IMG/VR virus record: IMGVR_UViG_3300032295_003840
Coordinates: 102,913-166,912 of that record
Direction: 5' to 3' (one strand)
DNA from: a virus
Lineage: Duplodnaviria; Caudoviricetes
Length of the DNA stretch: 64,000 nucleotides
This document shows, piece by piece, positions 35,102 to 45,320 of the stretch (the first letter of the stretch is position 1; the number at the start of each line of letters is the position of its first letter). Made by a program: the position numbers and the translations under genes. The notes under the pieces were generated by a model. It was not told the DNA's origin, did no database searches, and was given only the letters and a program-made list of their open reading frames with translations.

Positions 35102-35971
35102 TTATCCCATCATCTTTTCATAGGTTTTAGGACCAACGATGCCATCGGCAGTCAGACCATTGGCGGCTTGCCATTTCTTTACAGCGGCTTCGGTACCAGG
35201 ACCAAAATCACCGTCGGCTGTCAGACCCAGCTTGGCCTGTATCGCGGCCACGGCAGCGTTCTTAACACCCTTCTTCAGAATGCCTTCCAACACGGGTGCT
35301 GCCACGGCCTTGACTACTTCTTTTACCACGGCCTGGGTTGCTGAACTGCCACCAGAGCTTAGATATTCAACATAGTGATTAAAATGATCGGTGCGCTCCT
35401 TGAGCCCTAGATCGCCGCCGTTGATCTTTTTAGTAGCAGCCTTCATGTCACGTGCATCGGCCTGATCATTGAGCTTGTTGTTCTTCCAGAACCAGCAGGC
35501 ACTCTCAATGGCACCAGCCAAAGTTTCAACATAGACAATGGCTTCATCCAGAGTCTTGCCAATGTCCTTGGCAAAGCGTGAATAGTTGTCCTTGCCAGTA
35601 AGCTGTATGGCACCGCGGCCACGATACTTCCAACCTTCGCCGCTGGCTTCGGGTCCGTTGCCCATGCGATCCGAATAGACCTTGTTGGCAATCTTTTCAG
35701 GGTTGCGTTCATAGGGCTGAGCACTCTCCAGGGTAGGAAAGCGCTTGGGCCAGGTACCATGCAGACCCTTGGCACTGTAGTTTAGATTTTCCTTCAACAC
35801 ACTGAAGTCCACACTCTCATGACCACACTGAGCCATGAAGGCAGCTACACGTTCTGGTGTATCGATATTATACTTGGGCAGCACCTGAGCCAGGGCTTCG
35901 TAGAGCTCACCAGGATTTTTATTGCGTGGTGCGCATTTTGCGATTTGTTCTTTGGTAAAATTGAATGTCAT
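35102..35971 (-). CDS. Endolysin: GH19 catalytic domain plus C-terminal peptidoglycan-binding domain
   Basis: AFMAQCGHES, ENLNYSA, GWKYRGRGAIQLTGKDNY, TKKINGG; C-terminal DGDFGPGTEAAVKKWQ..GLTADGIVGPKT; AAGGAG before ATG 35971. Confidence 0.95.
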   Translation of the reverse strand: MTFNFTKEQIAKCAPRNKNPGELYEALAQVLPKYNIDTPERVAAFMAQCGHESVDFSVLKENLNYSAKGLHGTWPKRFPTLESAQPYERNPEKIANKVYSDRMGNGPEASGEGWKYRGRGAIQLTGKDNYSRFAKDIGKTLDEAIVYVETLAGAIESACWFWKNNKLNDQADARDMKAATKKINGGDLGLKERTDHFNHYVEYLSSGGSSATQAVVKEVVKAVAAPVLEGILKKGVKNAAVAAIQAKLGLTADGDFGPGTEAAVKKWQAANGLTADGIVGPKTYEKMMG

Positions 35972-36765
35972 GCCAGCTCCTTTACATAGAGTTTCTGATA
36001 ATGTTCTACTAGATTGGGATGGCGATCCCATTGATGTATGACCGCTGGAGTTTTGCCATAGACACTGACTCTACCATCTTCCAGAATTTTAATCTCGTCA
36101 GGATGTGTCAGACATATTGTGGCTACACCGTCACCATTTTCCTGCTTGGTGTGTGGCAGCTTGTCTTTATGGAAGATATAGTTGTGTGGTCCTTGCTCGT
36201 CGGGAATACCGCCAGCCTTGACCATCTTCTCCAGACCACGCTCGTTCATGAGCGTGACAATGTAGCGTATGATGTCTTCGGATCCACCCAAAGTAGTTCC
36301 TGAACAGATGATGCGTTTGTCAGCAAATTCTGCGGCTACTGCTTCTCCATAGTTTGTGGTCAGAATGTATTTATTGAAGCGTTCGTCACAGGTCCAGGCT
36401 GGATCTTCCATGAAGCAGTGCAGTCCTGGTGTAGTAATTTCTGCGAATACATCGCCCTGCAAAGCCACGTCACGAACATCGGTTAGAAATACACGATCAA
36501 ACTTGCCACGATTCTCCAGCAGTATGTCCAGGTATTTAAAGTAACGGGTATTGTGTATGGCGCTGGGAACGAAATATCCGGCTGTGAAGAAATGAACATC
36601 CACGCCCTGCTTCAGCAGCCAGTCATATTTTTCCTGCTTGACATCGGGTTCTACCAGCAGCACGAGTCTGGTATTGCTGCAGTACTTCTTCCAGCTCTCA
36701 ACAAATACTGCAATCTGATCAATTTTATAACTCCAGGCAGTGCCCAGTATAACATTCTGTTTCAT
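35968..36765 (-). CDS. Putative glycosyltransferase-like protein
   Basis: VFLTDVRDV..Q, ICSGT..G, DEQGPHN, HQWDR pattern of GT-A-like phage proteins. Confidence 0.55.
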   Translation of the reverse strand: MKQNVILGTAWSYKIDQIAVFVESWKKYCSNTRLVLLVEPDVKQEKYDWLLKQGVDVHFFTAGYFVPSAIHNTRYFKYLDILLENRGKFDRVFLTDVRDVALQGDVFAEITTPGLHCFMEDPAWTCDERFNKYILTTNYGEAVAAEFADKRIICSGTTLGGSEDIIRYIVTLMNERGLEKMVKAGGIPDEQGPHNYIFHKDKLPHTKQENGDGVATICLTHPDEIKILEDGRVSVYGKTPAVIHQWDRHPNLVEHYQKLYVKELA

Positions 36766-36772
36766 AATTACC

Positions 36773-37531
36773 TCAATCGTAGACTAATGATACATTGGGA
36801 CCCAGTGTGCCGAACAGATGTGTGTTGTCCAGTTCTATGGCCTGTGTAGGACCTATGTGCTTGTACAACAAATGCTCCATGTCTATGTAGTGATCTGTGC
36901 TGAGCTCAATCATGTCATCCATGGCAGCCTGCAGACGTTCCTGTGTGTTGTCCAAGAGTCCGATATCAAAACTCCAGAGACGACTGCTGAATCCATGATC
37001 GGCGCCTATGGTATGACAATGATCGGCATCCATCCAGCTGGCTTCACGACGTTTGAACACATACTTCATACCAGCATCTTCATACACAGACGCATCAAAC
37101 AAGGGACTGAGCTGATAGCGACCGCTGATCTTAAAAATGCGATCTACCTGACGTGCTGGCACCATGTCGGGATGATTGTTGATGGCATCCAGAGCATTGA
37201 GCATCAGAGTAAGTTCGGCCACGGTCTTGGCCAGACCGCTGGTGCCGCCCATTTCATGTTTATTATTGACATGACTAATAACATTCTGTTGCAGATGCTG
37301 AATCTGATCATTGTTGGTCATGTCCATGAATACATGCACCATTTCAAGTAACTGTTCCCACAATGGCGACGTTGGTAGACGACTGCCGCCTTCGACCAAC
37401 ACAGTCTTGGCATCAGGATAGAATTTATAAATGCTGCGTACGGTATCCATGGTCTGCAGGATGCGTACATCCCTGGGCAGCGGGCCCAGACTAGTTTCTA
37501 TGGCACTGGTTATGATAAAAGTTGGAGTCAT
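36773..37531 (-). CDS. Hypothetical protein of the glycan cluster
   Basis: FIITSAI, R..QT..T..SI, IFKISGRY motifs; likely start 37531. Confidence 0.65.
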   Translation of the reverse strand: MTPTFIITSAIETSLGPLPRDVRILQTMDTVRSIYKFYPDAKTVLVEGGSRLPTSPLWEQLLEMVHVFMDMTNNDQIQHLQQNVISHVNNKHEMGGTSGLAKTVAELTLMLNALDAINNHPDMVPARQVDRIFKISGRYQLSPLFDASVYEDAGMKYVFKRREASWMDADHCHTIGADHGFSSRLWSFDIGLLDNTQERLQAAMDDMIELSTDHYIDMEHLLYKHIGPTQAIELDNTHLFGTLGPNVSLVYD

Positions 37532-37532
37532 A

Positions 37533-38468
37533 TTACACCATGATGTGTTGCATGCCAGTACGCCCAACAGATTGTCCGTTGAGTTCGCGTACCAGTATGT
37601 TGGTTATAAGTCGATCATTGGTTTGATCGCAGAATTTAAATTGTGCTGGAAATTCCAGTCCAGCGTTCAGACAGTCTGTGAGTAGCTTGCCAAAGCAAAA
37701 GAAGGTATGATCAATCTGCATATTCTCATCAAAGCAGCAATAGCTAAATGGTCCGCTGTTTTTACCTACAATGAGCTTGGCACGTTTGCTGAGATAGGCA
37801 ATTTCATTGAGATCGGACTTCTTGTAGAATTCGTGAGTAGTATAGAAAACATTGGGCAGTTTAATTCCTACGTCGTGCGTGGCTACAAAGACATGATCCT
37901 TGAATTCTCGAGCCAGGTAGTCTATGCTGTATTTAAAGTCGCCCACGGCACTCTGACCACTGTTGGCTGGTCCATTGCAGAACAAAACCAGGGGAGCAGA
38001 TTGAAATTTACCAACAACAACATCATCCACCATTTTGGTATCATAGTATGAGAAGTCTATGAAGGGCAAATAGTCATGAGGATTGTTGCTCTGTGTTACT
38101 GGACGTCCCAGAATACTGCTGAGTTGTTCACAGTACATTTCATACATTCTGTGCTGTATAATGTAATTGCTGTGCTGATGATATCCAAAGAGTTCTCCCT
38201 GAAAAGCACCGCACCAGGTGTTGATGAACAGTGTGCCGTCATCGTCCTGTGCAATGCGCACCATGCGATCAATCTGTGGAAGTTCGCTCAGAGGAATATG
38301 ACGGCATCCCAGATCCTTGATGATGTCTGCATGGTTGGCATGCGCATAACTGAAATTTAAATCGGGCAGTTGACGCATAATGTTGCGTATCCACCCTTTG
38401 CCCACAAAGCAATCACCATTGTGATACTGGTTAAAGAATACTATGTTTTTAACCATTGTGTTTCCCAA
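37533..38468 (-). CDS. Hypothetical protein, possibly GT-B fold
   Basis: FFNQYHNGD (H.GD) and DLNEIAYLS...IVGKNSGP resemble GT9-like motifs. Confidence 0.55.
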   Translation of the reverse strand: MGNTMVKNIVFFNQYHNGDCFVGKGWIRNIMRQLPDLNFSYAHANHADIIKDLGCRHIPLSELPQIDRMVRIAQDDDGTLFINTWCGAFQGELFGYHQHSNYIIQHRMYEMYCEQLSSILGRPVTQSNNPHDYLPFIDFSYYDTKMVDDVVVGKFQSAPLVLFCNGPANSGQSAVGDFKYSIDYLAREFKDHVFVATHDVGIKLPNVFYTTHEFYKKSDLNEIAYLSKRAKLIVGKNSGPFSYCCFDENMQIDHTFFCFGKLLTDCLNAGLEFPAQFKFCDQTNDRLITNILVRELNGQSVGRTGMQHIMV

Positions 38469-39678
38469 TCACTTCGAAACTAGGACAGGGCACAATGAAT
38501 TTGCCACCGCCATCCAAAAATGCTTTCTCACGCTCCAGGAACTCATCGATGAAGTGCCAGGGCAGCACCAGCAGATAGTCTGGAGGATTGGCTCGCATTT
38601 CTTCTTCGCTGATGATGGGAATGTCAGTACCAATGGTGCGCAGACCAAACTTATAGGGCGATCGTTCTACCAGGGCGCCGATGTCTTCCTTGGTTAAACC
38701 AAAAGTCTGTAACAGAGTATTGCCCTTGGTGCTGGCTCCATAGCCGTAGATGGTCTTGCCTGCAGCTCGTTCATCACGAATAAAGCTCACCACATCGTCA
38801 CGCAACTGCGACAACTCCTGAGCAAAGTCGGCCCAGAGCTCTACATTGTTTACCGAATACCAGGACTCTAATTCCATCATGCCCTGGATGCGCATATTGC
38901 AGACATCACGGAAAGGTGCAGTTCCAAAGACTCGACGATTGCCAGTTTCTTTCTGCAGATAGATTCGGAAGCTACCGCCATTGGTGTCGTTCAGGCTGGC
39001 ATCCACGATGCGGAATCCATGTTGTGAAAACAGATTGTGTATGCTGCGCAGGTCATAGTAATAGACATGCTCATGACAGATGTTGTCGAAGGCCATCTGC
39101 TCCATCATCAACGGTGTATAGCTCATCTGCAGCACAACAATGCCATCGTCATCCAGACACTCAGCCATGTCCTTGACAAATGGATGTGGATCGTTCAGAT
39201 CATAGAACATGGCGATGCAGGTTATTACCTTGGCCTTGACATCGCTGACCTTGAAGAAGTTTTCCTTGTTGAAGTAATCCTGTACAATGGTACCATGCTT
39301 GCTGCTTTCTGCCAAATAGCTATCGTCACAGGGATCAATACCAATGCGTTTCAGTTTGCTGGGAACATTGCTTAGCAGAGTACCGTCATTGCAGGCAATG
39401 TCCAACCAGACGTCGCCTTCTTGCAGATCCATGCGATCGGTAATTTCCTGCACAATTCTGCTGAGCTCTCGACGCATGCTGACATTGATGCCGCTGCGAT
39501 ACCAATAGGTGCCCCACATGGTGTTGTGTGGTGCCAGAGCATCGGGATGCAGACGTACTGCACCTAGCTCTTCATCCAGATAAAGATCCAGATTATATTT
39601 TTTTCTGTCAGCAGGCTGTTCTTTGACAAAATCACTGACATATAGATCACCCATGTCCAATACTTTTTTCACGTTCAC
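38449..39678 (-). CDS. NDP-hexose C3-methyltransferase
   Basis: Y.YRSG, LDIACNDGTLL, FDNICHEHVYYY, NGGSFR, YGYGASTKGNTLL, LVLPWHF, GGKFIVPCP. Confidence 0.9.
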   Translation of the reverse strand: MNVKKVLDMGDLYVSDFVKEQPADRKKYNLDLYLDEELGAVRLHPDALAPHNTMWGTYWYRSGINVSMRRELSRIVQEITDRMDLQEGDVWLDIACNDGTLLSNVPSKLKRIGIDPCDDSYLAESSKHGTIVQDYFNKENFFKVSDVKAKVITCIAMFYDLNDPHPFVKDMAECLDDDGIVVLQMSYTPLMMEQMAFDNICHEHVYYYDLRSIHNLFSQHGFRIVDASLNDTNGGSFRIYLQKETGNRRVFGTAPFRDVCNMRIQGMMELESWYSVNNVELWADFAQELSQLRDDVVSFIRDERAAGKTIYGYGASTKGNTLLQTFGLTKEDIGALVERSPYKFGLRTIGTDIPIISEEEMRANPPDYLLVLPWHFIDEFLEREKAFLDGGGKFIVPCPSFEVIGKHNG

Positions 39679-40061
39679 TCCTTGTATGATTTAACCTCAT
39701 TGATTGCTGAATTATATGTTGTATTTATCAGTGCCTTGACACGCATTCTGCTGTCGTTGGTTTTGTGTATGGCCTGAGCAGTGCGAATAAACTGTTCGCC
39801 AGTATCATTGGCATGAGTGAGTTCGCGAATCTGATCTTCTAGATGCCAGAGACTGCTGTTGACTGTGTTGAGTCTGGCCATGAGATGAATATAATGTATG
39901 TTTCGATCAATCTTCATTTCCTGAACTATGAGCAACAACTTCTGTAGTTCAATCATGACGATTAACTGCTTCTGTTCGTCAGTGATATACTTTTGCTTGA
40001 GACGCAGTATGCTGATCTTGTCCAGCAGTTCTCCCACGCTAACTGGTATATGAACTATCAT
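39675..40061 (-). CDS. DUF6165-like protein
   Basis: [36 protein letters not shown]. Confidence 0.8.
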   Translation of the reverse strand: MIVHIPVSVGELLDKISILRLKQKYITDEQKQLIVMIELQKLLLIVQEMKIDRNIHYIHLMARLNTVNSSLWHLEDQIRELTHANDTGEQFIRTAQAIHKTNDSRMRVKALINTTYNSAINEVKSYKE

Positions 40062-41092
40062 GGTGCTGTCCTTTCATGATGAGCTAACTTGAAGTCATGT
40101 TCACACATATCGGCCACCATGTCGGAAAAAGTCATTTCAGGTTCCCAGCCCAGTTGTTTACGAGCCTTGGTGGCATCGCCCAGCAAGAAGTCTACGTCAG
40201 CTGGCCGATAAAACTCTTCACTGATCTCAATCAATTTACGACCTGTCTTTCTGTCTGTGCCAATCTCATGCACACCACGTCCACTCCAGACCAGATTATA
40301 GCCATGCCAACGACAGGCAGCTTCACAGAAGGTTCTGACACTCTGCGTCTGTCCTGTGGCAATCACATAGTCATTGGGCTTGTCCTGCTGCAGCATCAAC
40401 CACATGGCGCGAACATAGTCACGGGCATGACCCCAGTCACGTTTGCTGTCTATGTTGCCCAGCTTGATGACTTCGTTGCTGCCTGCGGCAATGCGGCCCA
40501 GCGCTCGGGTAATCTTACGAGTCACAAATGTCTCACCGCGACGTGGACTTTCATGATTGAACAAGATACCATTGCTGGCATGTATGCCATAGCTCTCGCG
40601 ATAGTTGATGGTGAGCTGATGTGCAAATACCTTGGCACAACCATATGGACTACGAGGATAGAACGGAGTACTTTCTCGCTGCGGTGTCTCCTGCACCAAA
40701 CCAAACATCTCAGAGGTGGATGCCTGATAGTAACGTATCTTATGACCTAAATTCAGATAGCGTATGGTGTCCAGTATTCTCAGCGGACCCAGAGCATTGA
40801 CGTCGGTGGTATATTCAGGCAACTTGAAACTGACCATGACATGACTCTGTGCTGCCAGGTTATAGATCTCATCGTATTCATTCTCACCAATGATGTTGCG
40901 GAGATTGTTGGCGTCGCCCAGATCCGAATAATGCAGCTGTAGCTGATCTCGAATGTGACGCAGATGTGCGGGATTTTCGTTGGTGCTGTTGCGACGAATT
41001 AGGCCATGTACTTCATAGCCCTTGCTCAGCAACAACTCACTTAGGTAACTACCATCCTGGCCATTGATGCCAGTAATTAGGGCTTTCTTCAT
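40058..41092 (-). CDS. gmd: GDP-mannose 4,6-dehydratase
   Basis: [75 protein letters not shown]. Confidence 0.97.
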   Translation of the reverse strand: MKKALITGINGQDGSYLSELLLSKGYEVHGLIRRNSTNENPAHLRHIRDQLQLHYSDLGDANNLRNIIGENEYDEIYNLAAQSHVMVSFKLPEYTTDVNALGPLRILDTIRYLNLGHKIRYYQASTSEMFGLVQETPQRESTPFYPRSPYGCAKVFAHQLTINYRESYGIHASNGILFNHESPRRGETFVTRKITRALGRIAAGSNEVIKLGNIDSKRDWGHARDYVRAMWLMLQQDKPNDYVIATGQTQSVRTFCEAACRWHGYNLVWSGRGVHEIGTDRKTGRKLIEISEEFYRPADVDFLLGDATKARKQLGWEPEMTFSDMVADMCEHDFKLAHHERTAP

Positions 41093-41112
41093 GCTATTCC
41101 TCATCAAGGATA

Positions 41113-41140
41113 ATAATACAAGGGCGGGTTTCCCCGCCCT
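41113..41140 (-). terminator. Probable terminator/hairpin after phoH
   Basis: AGGGCGGG-GAAA-CCCGCCCT then TGTATTATT (weak U-tract). Confidence 0.65.
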
Positions 41141-41142
41141 GG

Positions 41143-41898
41143 TCAGGCTACGTGCTTGGCTTCGTACTCCATGCGTGCAAGTATATATTCCCTGACAATG
41201 TCACTGCGTACAATGTCGTCAACATCAAACTCCACGCTGCGGAAGCTGGGCATCATGTCGGCTATGGCCATGAACTTTTTAAGTCCACTCATGTCGCCTT
41301 TCTTGTACAGATCGGTCTGACGGAAGTCTCCACAGAAGATGATCTTTGAGCGATCACCAACACGAGTCATGATACTGTTCAATTCCATGTCGGTCATGTT
41401 CTGACATTCATCGACAATGACAATGCTGTCATCCAGGGTAATACCGCGTACAAAGCTAGTGATCATAAAGTTAATGACCTTCTGTTCCTGTAGTCTTTGA
41501 AACGCATCATGGCGATTATAGAATAGTCTGTGACAGATGTCAATATAGGGGGCGGTATATACTTCGGTTTTCTCCTTTTCATCGCCAGGCAGGTGACCGA
41601 TGTCGCGGCTGGGCACAGCACTGCGAACCAGAACTACCTGCTGTAGTCTGTTGCTACGATCCATTACTTCTTCCAGAGCTTTGTACAAAGCTATGAAAGT
41701 CTTACCTGTTCCTGCTACGCCATGTAGCAGCATACACTGGGCTCCTTGTTGATACAGTTCAAAAAATTTATTTTGATTTTCAGTCAGAGGATCAAAAGTT
41801 GCCAAATCATCGATGTTAAGTTTTAACTTCTGATGATTGCTTTTGAGCGTGACTGCGGGGGCTAGCTGAAGAGCTTGTTGTGTATTCTTTTTTGCCAT
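41143..41898 (-). CDS. phoH: PhoH-family ATPase
   Basis: [52 protein letters not shown]; likely start MAKK at 41898. Confidence 0.95.
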   Translation of the reverse strand: MAKKNTQQALQLAPAVTLKSNHQKLKLNIDDLATFDPLTENQNKFFELYQQGAQCMLLHGVAGTGKTFIALYKALEEVMDRSNRLQQVVLVRSAVPSRDIGHLPGDEKEKTEVYTAPYIDICHRLFYNRHDAFQRLQEQKVINFMITSFVRGITLDDSIVIVDECQNMTDMELNSIMTRVGDRSKIIFCGDFRQTDLYKKGDMSGLKKFMAIADMMPSFRSVEFDVDDIVRSDIVREYILARMEYEAKHVA

Positions 41899-41939
41899 GA
41901 TTGCCCTTTGTTTCTTCTTCTTGGTTGGAGTTTCAGTCA

Positions 41940-41986
41940 AAGAAAAACCCCCAAGCAGTGCCGCGCGGCGGCTAGCTGGTGGGGGC
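41940..41986 (-). terminator. Extended GC-rich hairpin plus U-tract in the phoH leader
   Basis: CCCCCACCAGCTAGCCGCCGCGCGGCACTGCTTGGGGG-TTTTTCTTT. Confidence 0.55.
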
Positions 41987-42016
41987 CGTGGTGTTCTTTG
42001 TCTGGCTGTCAATTCA

Positions 42017-42280
42017 TTACCATTTTGAATTCAGTGTTGACTTTTTGCCATTGGCGGCGTGAATTCGTTGGAGGACCTCCTTGAAACCTCCGTCTATCTT
42101 TCTAAGACCTAGACGAACTGGATCACCCATGGGAGGGGCACCTGTGATAGTTTTGATAACTGTTCCTTCTCCCTGGCAGCTGGGGCAAGGCTTGGTCGTA
42201 GGTAGGTGCATGTCCGCGATGCGGTGAAACTCTTCAAAATCGTGATTGCACTTCTCGCACTTGTATGAGTATGTCGGCAT
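42017..42280 (-). CDS. FmdB-family zinc-ribbon protein
   Basis: MPTYSYKCEKC..FE..PCPSC. Confidence 0.9.
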   Translation of the reverse strand: MPTYSYKCEKCNHDFEEFHRIADMHLPTTKPCPSCQGEGTVIKTITGAPPMGDPVRLGLRKIDGGFKEVLQRIHAANGKKSTLNSKW

Positions 42281-42288
42281 ATGTTTAT

Positions 42289-43308
42289 TTATGTAACTAG
42301 TTGTTTGACGAGCTCATCTCTGGCTAGATTTTTTGCCTTGCTCTCGCACTGAATGTCAAAGTCAGGACTGAAGCTCAGCGCCCAGTCGTTGACTGCGGTG
42401 TTCCAGTAGAAGTCCGAGTGAGCTCGCAGCTTGCCACGAGCGATCCCCGAGGCCAGCAGACGTTCAAGGTCGGGGCGGGTAGTTGTGTCATGTCCGGCCA
42501 GTACGTCTTCTCGAGATACGGAATAGTGCATAGCAGGGCGAACGCCACGCCAGCTACTTTTAATACGTGCAACACGTTCGTCATCTGGTTCAAGGTATTC
42601 TCCTGTGCGTACCCAATGGTGGTGGATGTCTAACACCAGAGCGCAATGGTCGACGAGCTCGAGGCTGGCGTCGACACCGTGCTTGGTTTCGTCGTTTTCA
42701 ATGGTGATACAGTTTCTTGCTTCGGGGCTGAGACGTTGCAGAGTGTCTTTGATGCCATCGGCACCGCGGCGACCGCTGATGTGGACGTTGATTTTAAAGT
42801 CCTGAAATTTCTGACCGTAGCCCATCCAACGTGCCATGTCTGCATGATATTCAAACTCCTCTATGCTGCGTTCTACAATGCTGTCATGATGGCTGGCCAA
42901 GACACAGAACTGACCAGGATGGAAGCTGAGCCGCACACCCTTGTCGCGAGCCAGGTCGCCCACAGGTGCAAAGTTACGTTCACAGTAGTCACGAACATCG
43001 GTGCGCTTCCAGAAATAACTCCAGGTGGGTTCAGTATACACAGGCAAGATGTCACTGCCCAGCCGCACCATCTTGCGTCGTTCATCCAAGCCACCGACTC
43101 GTTCTACCAGTCTGTGTATGCTTTGAATATTGTGTACCATGAGATCCCAGAGCCGTTGTTCGGCATCGTCCTGTGTCTGACGGTTAAGCCAGGCCACGGT
43201 AGTGACTCGGGTATTGAGAGCTCGAGCAGCGTCGTCTTTACCAAATCCATCGATCTGTTCGACGTTGTCGATCCATTTGCAACAAAAACCAATTTTAGGA
43301 GTATTCAT
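42289..43308 (-). CDS. uvsE: UV damage endonuclease UvsE/UVDE
   Basis: IGFCC, RLGSDILP, RLSFHPGQFCVLAS, INVH, TIENDE, LDIHHHW, HYS, AHSD, CESKAK; likely start 43308. Confidence 0.93.
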   Translation of the reverse strand: MNTPKIGFCCKWIDNVEQIDGFGKDDAARALNTRVTTVAWLNRQTQDDAEQRLWDLMVHNIQSIHRLVERVGGLDERRKMVRLGSDILPVYTEPTWSYFWKRTDVRDYCERNFAPVGDLARDKGVRLSFHPGQFCVLASHHDSIVERSIEEFEYHADMARWMGYGQKFQDFKINVHISGRRGADGIKDTLQRLSPEARNCITIENDETKHGVDASLELVDHCALVLDIHHHWVRTGEYLEPDDERVARIKSSWRGVRPAMHYSVSREDVLAGHDTTTRPDLERLLASGIARGKLRAHSDFYWNTAVNDWALSFSPDFDIQCESKAKNLARDELVKQLVT

Positions 43309-43314
43309 GATATA

Positions 43315-43343
43315 ATTATAGCACACCTTACATTTGCTGTCGA
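43315..43343 (-). promoter_or_regulatory. Sigma70-type promoter, probably leaderless, for uvsE
   Basis: TCGACA-N17-TATAAT with extended -10 TG; ATG begins 7 nt after the -10. Confidence 0.7.
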
Positions 43344-43612
43344 ATGTTTATATGCTCAATGCTAGCCAAAATGCTACAAGCAAGGCGCCGAGCTCGAGTA
43401 CTAAGTAGTTCATTGATGCTAGCCTGACGCAGACAGAGCTCCACACTCTCTGCATCCAGGGTCGAAAGAGAATCAGCTGTAATCCGAACCATATGGGTGC
43501 CATGGAGATTGACTGCTGCAACTGTGATATTAATTTCTTCATCGGTGTATAGGCTTATGACCAGAGCCTCGCGGATTCTGGGTCGTTGTGGAAAGTTCAG
43601 TATGGTAGCCAT
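43328..43612 (-). CDS. Hypothetical protein
   Basis: 94 aa ORF preceded by TATAAATA (43625-43618). Confidence 0.7.
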   Translation of the reverse strand: MATILNFPQRPRIREALVISLYTDEEINITVAAVNLHGTHMVRITADSLSTLDAESVELCLRQASINELLSTRARRLACSILASIEHINIRQQM

Positions 43613-43627
43613 ACTGATATTTATAGA

Positions 43628-43987
43628 TCATGATTTGTGTACTCTCAGCAGTTTGACCTGATCGTTGGGTGCCAGATAACAACGTATGGCCACAGTCTTG
43701 CCGAATCTCGTGGGAGATTGCATCACAGTTGTTTCACATAAGTTGTTGTAGAGAATATACTCACCCAGCTTGCGTGCCAGCGAGTCCCTGATGTGCTTTC
43801 TCCAGAGTTCATCGGTCATGTGAACAGCATCGGCATCAGAGACCTCATGACGTATGGTTATCATTTTGCCGCCTATGGCATATTCCTCTTCTGAGACTGT
43901 CTTGGGATCAAAACTCAGAGGCTCATCACACAGGCTACCCATGCCGCGGCTTGATACACCCCAAGGGTTGTCGGGCATCTTGGCCAT
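43628..43987 (-). CDS. Hypothetical protein
   Basis: 119 aa, abuts the ligase stop. Confidence 0.7.
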   Translation of the reverse strand: MAKMPDNPWGVSSRGMGSLCDEPLSFDPKTVSEEEYAIGGKMITIRHEVSDADAVHMTDELWRKHIRDSLARKLGEYILYNNLCETTVMQSPTRFGKTVAIRCYLAPNDQVKLLRVHKS

Positions 43988-43988
43988 G

Positions 43989-45320
43989 TTATTTTATGTC
44001 TTTCGAGCTGTCTGCCACACTCTTGTCGTTTCTGAATTCCACGAACACGGGCAGAAATAAACTTGCAACGCTGGATGTCTTGTCTGTGATCCTGGCGTTG
44101 TATTTGACGGATACGATTCGTCCGACACTGTTATCAGCAGTAATGCCAGCGCGATCAGCATCGCTAAAGCCCGTACCCACATTGACTCTGACACCACCAC
44201 AATCAGACTCAAGCACCAAAGCACCAAGACGACCCACATTTTTACCGGTCCCTTCTTCCCAATCCACGACACGGAGGTCGCATTCTAGCTCGCCCTTGAA
44301 CTTGATCAGGGACTTGCTGCGCTTATTTTCCCACACACCATCTCGTGTCTTAAGAATGATGCCTTCCTGACCCTGAGCCAGAAAAGTTTCAAACATACGA
44401 CGTGCTTCGTACTCATTGTTAACCTGCTTGCTCTGCACCATGTCAACATAGTGCGCCAGATGAGTTAGACGATTGTTAAGATCACTGATGCAGTTACAGA
44501 GCTTGGCCAGTCTATCTTTATAGGCTTCTTTTTCTATACCGGCCTGAAAAGCATCCAGTGTGATGGCATCCCAGAGCGTGGCACGAACCATCACAGCCTC
44601 GGCAGTGCTCATGGTACCCTTGACTGCTTTGTTCAGTATGCCATTGCCTGTCTTGCGATCCAGCATCTGGCCTGCAGCATCCACCACCATGAGCTCGCCA
44701 TCGAACACCATGTCTATACCATAGAAGGCTGCCATGTGACGGAACGGTGCCTCGATGTTGGGATCAGGGATGCTGATCTCTTTGCCATTGCGACTGCGAA
44801 ACTCTACCTTGTTGTTCTTGACTATGGCATTGAAGCGCATACCATCCATCTTGACCTGAGCAATGGCTGGCCAGGTGATACGATCCACGAGTTTCTGATC
44901 ATAGGCACTGGCCAGCATGCAGGGATATTCAGGAATCAGGCCTGGCCAGATCTTGTTCACGGTTGCGTCGCTCACACCACAGCGCAGATCCTTGGCAATG
45001 ATGCGTTCAATGACCAGGGCATCGGCTGGGCTTACACTGCCCAGCACAATGCGGAGATGCTCAATGCCAGCATTGCCTGTCAAGGTACGGTTACTGAGCA
45101 GGCTCAGACGATTCATGGCATTGTCCAGCGTGTCCTGATTCTTGACATTGAGGTTCGGGGTATAGTCTGGTATCTTGCGAATATAGAAATTCGCGAAGGG
45201 GCTCAGAGCCAGCGTCAAAACTCGTTTCAAGGTCTCATTGTTCTGATTCAAGCTCAGAATCTTTTCTTTGTAGAGACGGCTGTTGTTGCTGGCCAGGTCA
45301 TCCAAAATGTCTTTGATCAT
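43989..45320 (-). CDS. gp30: ATP-dependent DNA ligase (gp30)
   Basis: KDLRCG, QVKMDGMR (KxDG), FDGEL, EGIILK, WENKRSK..IKFK, VGTGFSD, LFLPVF..R.DK; likely start MIKDI at 45320. Confidence 0.96.
   Translation of the reverse strand: MIKDILDDLASNNSRLYKEKILSLNQNNETLKRVLTLALSPFANFYIRKIPDYTPNLNVKNQDTLDNAMNRLSLLSNRTLTGNAGIEHLRIVLGSVSPADALVIERIIAKDLRCGVSDATVNKIWPGLIPEYPCMLASAYDQKLVDRITWPAIAQVKMDGMRFNAIVKNNKVEFRSRNGKEISIPDPNIEAPFRHMAAFYGIDMVFDGELMVVDAAGQMLDRKTGNGILNKAVKGTMSTAEAVMVRATLWDAITLDAFQAGIEKEAYKDRLAKLCNCISDLNNRLTHLAHYVDMVQSKQVNNEYEARRMFETFLAQGQEGIILKTRDGVWENKRSKSLIKFKGELECDLRVVDWEEGTGKNVGRLGALVLESDCGGVRVNVGTGFSDADRAGITADNSVGRIVSVKYNARITDKTSSVASLFLPVFVEFRNDKSVADSSKDIK

Noticed and set aside
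42646-43365. Long antisense ORFs (e.g. 42646..43365, 7352..8026, 16705..17364, 40097..40750, 44736..45371)
   Set aside because: They lie opposite well-supported genes, have no recognisable motifs, and are explained by codon bias on the coding strand.
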